DNA of 64,000 bases, taken from assembly GCA_900617105.1 (NCBI GenBank), contig UYFQ01000363.1, forward strand, positions 1 to 64,000, written 5' to 3'. Shown in pieces: positions 62,241-64,000 of the stretch. Position numbers and translations under genes: made by a program. The notes below the pieces were generated by a model. It was not told the origin of the DNA, did not search any database, and saw only the letters and a program-made list of their open reading frames with translations. The number at the start of each line of letters is the position of its first letter. Positions within the stretch are counted from its first letter, which is position 1. The DNA comes from Hydrurus foetidus (lineage: Eukaryota).

Positions 62241-63447
62241 TCATTTTTTGGCTTCGAATAGCTCCGCCATGTAACTTCCTGGTACCATCACGTTCACCTA
62301 CGATAAGAATGCCGTAACGTTCAGTACAGTATGGCGCGATTAACCAAATTATTGGACCAGAGGGAAGTGAAGAAAGAATATGAGGGAGATAATAATACAG
62401 GAACGACAGACTCAAGCTTCGTTAGAACGGTTGCGATATGAATGAATGTCCTACTTCTGTATGGGTCAAAGCAAGGATATGCGATTGATGCAGCATGCGC
62501 TCAACGGACAGGACAGCCCAATTATCAACAGCATCACCTTCTCCGCAACTGCCTCAACGATGCTGTCCAGGTGAGAGTGAATTCCCCTGCTCTTCAGCCA
62601 CATGTAGTAACTCTGGGCATTCTGAAGGTGCAAAATTTAGTAAATGAATGCCAGCTATCTTAGAAATTTCAACGCCAATAAATACTGATCGATGTTTTAA
62701 TACTTGATTAATTTCTACGGAGATTGTAATTTTCGAACCTCGACATTATCCGTTGATAAGCCCTTCAGCATGAGATACTTTCCAATCATTTGATGCGTTG
62801 ATTCTGAGGTAAAAGACAAAACCGAGTAGAATGTCAGACTAATGAAGTTTGTCGCATTTATTTAAAAATCTTACCTATAATTTCCTCCGTCCCTTGGCCT
62901 CTGTAAATGAACAAGAATTCATAGAAATTAGCTGATATGGTACTCAAGTTGATTAGTGGTGATAATGGTTTTAGATGCGTACATTCCTTACTAACGAGAA
63001 AAAAGCGCCCCTAAAAAGCATCACAATTTTATCAAATGGAATATGAGCTGACCATCCCACCTGGCCTCCTCAGAAATTTCTGAGAGGTGAACGATTGCAG
63101 CAGAACCGACACCGGGGATTTCTTCGAGTCTGCCATTGATCGGCGCCTTAATCCATGCCATCAACTGTTCCCTGGTTGTGCGAATTAATGAATCATTTCA
63201 GATGACTCTGTATCTGGTTGATCAAACTGCAGGCGTACAAGCCATACCTCGATGTAGTGCTGAGTTCGGCGCGATAAGTACAATGATCGTTGTCCACTCT
63301 GTATGTGAATAGCTGTTAGACGATCTTCGTTTTCGCGGTTATTATTTGCGAGGCTTACTTGTGATGCTTCGCAGGTCCCTGGGAGGTGGGATTAGAGAGT
63401 TGCCTGTGAGCTGTTCCAATGATGGCTTCATCGTTTACTTCGGACAT
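62241..63447 (-). CDS. BAF (barrier-to-autointegration factor)-like helix-hairpin-helix protein; 7 exons
   Basis: Phase-consistent GT-AG splicing gives MSEVNDEAIIG...|VDNDHCTYRAELSTTSR|EQLMAWIKAPINGRLEEIPGVGSAAIVHLSEISEEAR|GQGTEEII|ESTHQMIGKYLMLKGLSTDNVE|NAQSYYMWLKSRGIHSHLDSIVEAVAEK|VNVMVPGSYMAELFEAKK*. Confidence 0.78.
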
Positions 63448-64000
63448 TCCAAGAGACACTTCGGAGAGTAAATTTTAAGATTGTGCAGCATTCCTGCGCG
63501 AACCTGACGTCTCACTATGAACCAGTTCGAGAGGTAGTCATTCAATTTCAACTCATAGACTTCGTTTTCATGTTTCATGAACTATTTTTGAAAGCAGTTT
63601 TTCTCATTTTCATTTTCGAAAAATGAAGAAAGAAAACCGTCCCCGGTCCGTTCCGGCTGGATTCAGCAATGTCACCGTTGTCACCATTCTGCACAGTGCA
63701 CAATGCCGGAGTGCATAATGAACTGCCAGCTGCCAGCTTCGTGGCTCCAGTGACATGCTTCGTATTTTGACCTGGCGAACTCAATATCAGCGTTTTTATC
63801 GCCGACAACGAGGAGGAAGGAATTCGTGGGAGATCTTATGCAGTTCAGCACCCTTAATTGAGAGAAGCGGCCGCAAAATGCTCCGATCACAACTACATCA
63901 GTAATTCCATACGATGCACTCCCTATACTAGTGGTAGGAAATAATTTGCCGCACGACGCGAAAGAGACGCTCGTGGGCCCGGAAGAATTTTGCAGCCAAA

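Noticed and set aside
63575..64000. Open frames at the window end
   Set aside because: No recognisable motif and truncated by the window edge; cannot be called.

Overview
Eukaryotic nuclear DNA with many short GT-AG introns. It is most likely a flagellated, plastid-bearing stramenopile (ochrophyte/chrysophyte-like); this is inferred from several signal+transit-peptide proteins, an Omp85-family gene, PACRG- and Chibby-like genes and a BAF-like gene. Positions 1-9100 are a nest of decayed DNA transposons. The most notable is a ~4.8-kb Kolobok-like element (about 1412-6229) with 385-bp terminal inverted repeats and two convergent genes: a THAP-like/DDE transposase and a KolX/P2X7-ballast-like ORF. 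Its TIR appears to carry the transposase ATG, first exon and first intron. The nest also holds two Harbinger transposase remnants, a TA-flanked MITE and a hairpin-rich element. Positions 9.3-64 kb are gene-dense: serine acetyltransferase, Chibby-like, Rab8, CLASP-N+IQ, FolC, JmjC, PACRG-like, insulysin, NOPCHAP1-like, Omp85, MFS, NDUFA7-like, ankyrin, RPC8, SirB/CbiX, DUF89, phytyl-ester synthase, J1-crystallin/SelJ-like ADP-ribosylglycohydrolase and a 7-exon BAF-like gene absent from the ORF track. A small TE island lies at 40.6-43.0 kb. All family calls come from motif recognition by eye, no database searches were run, and exon boundaries are hand-reconstructed.
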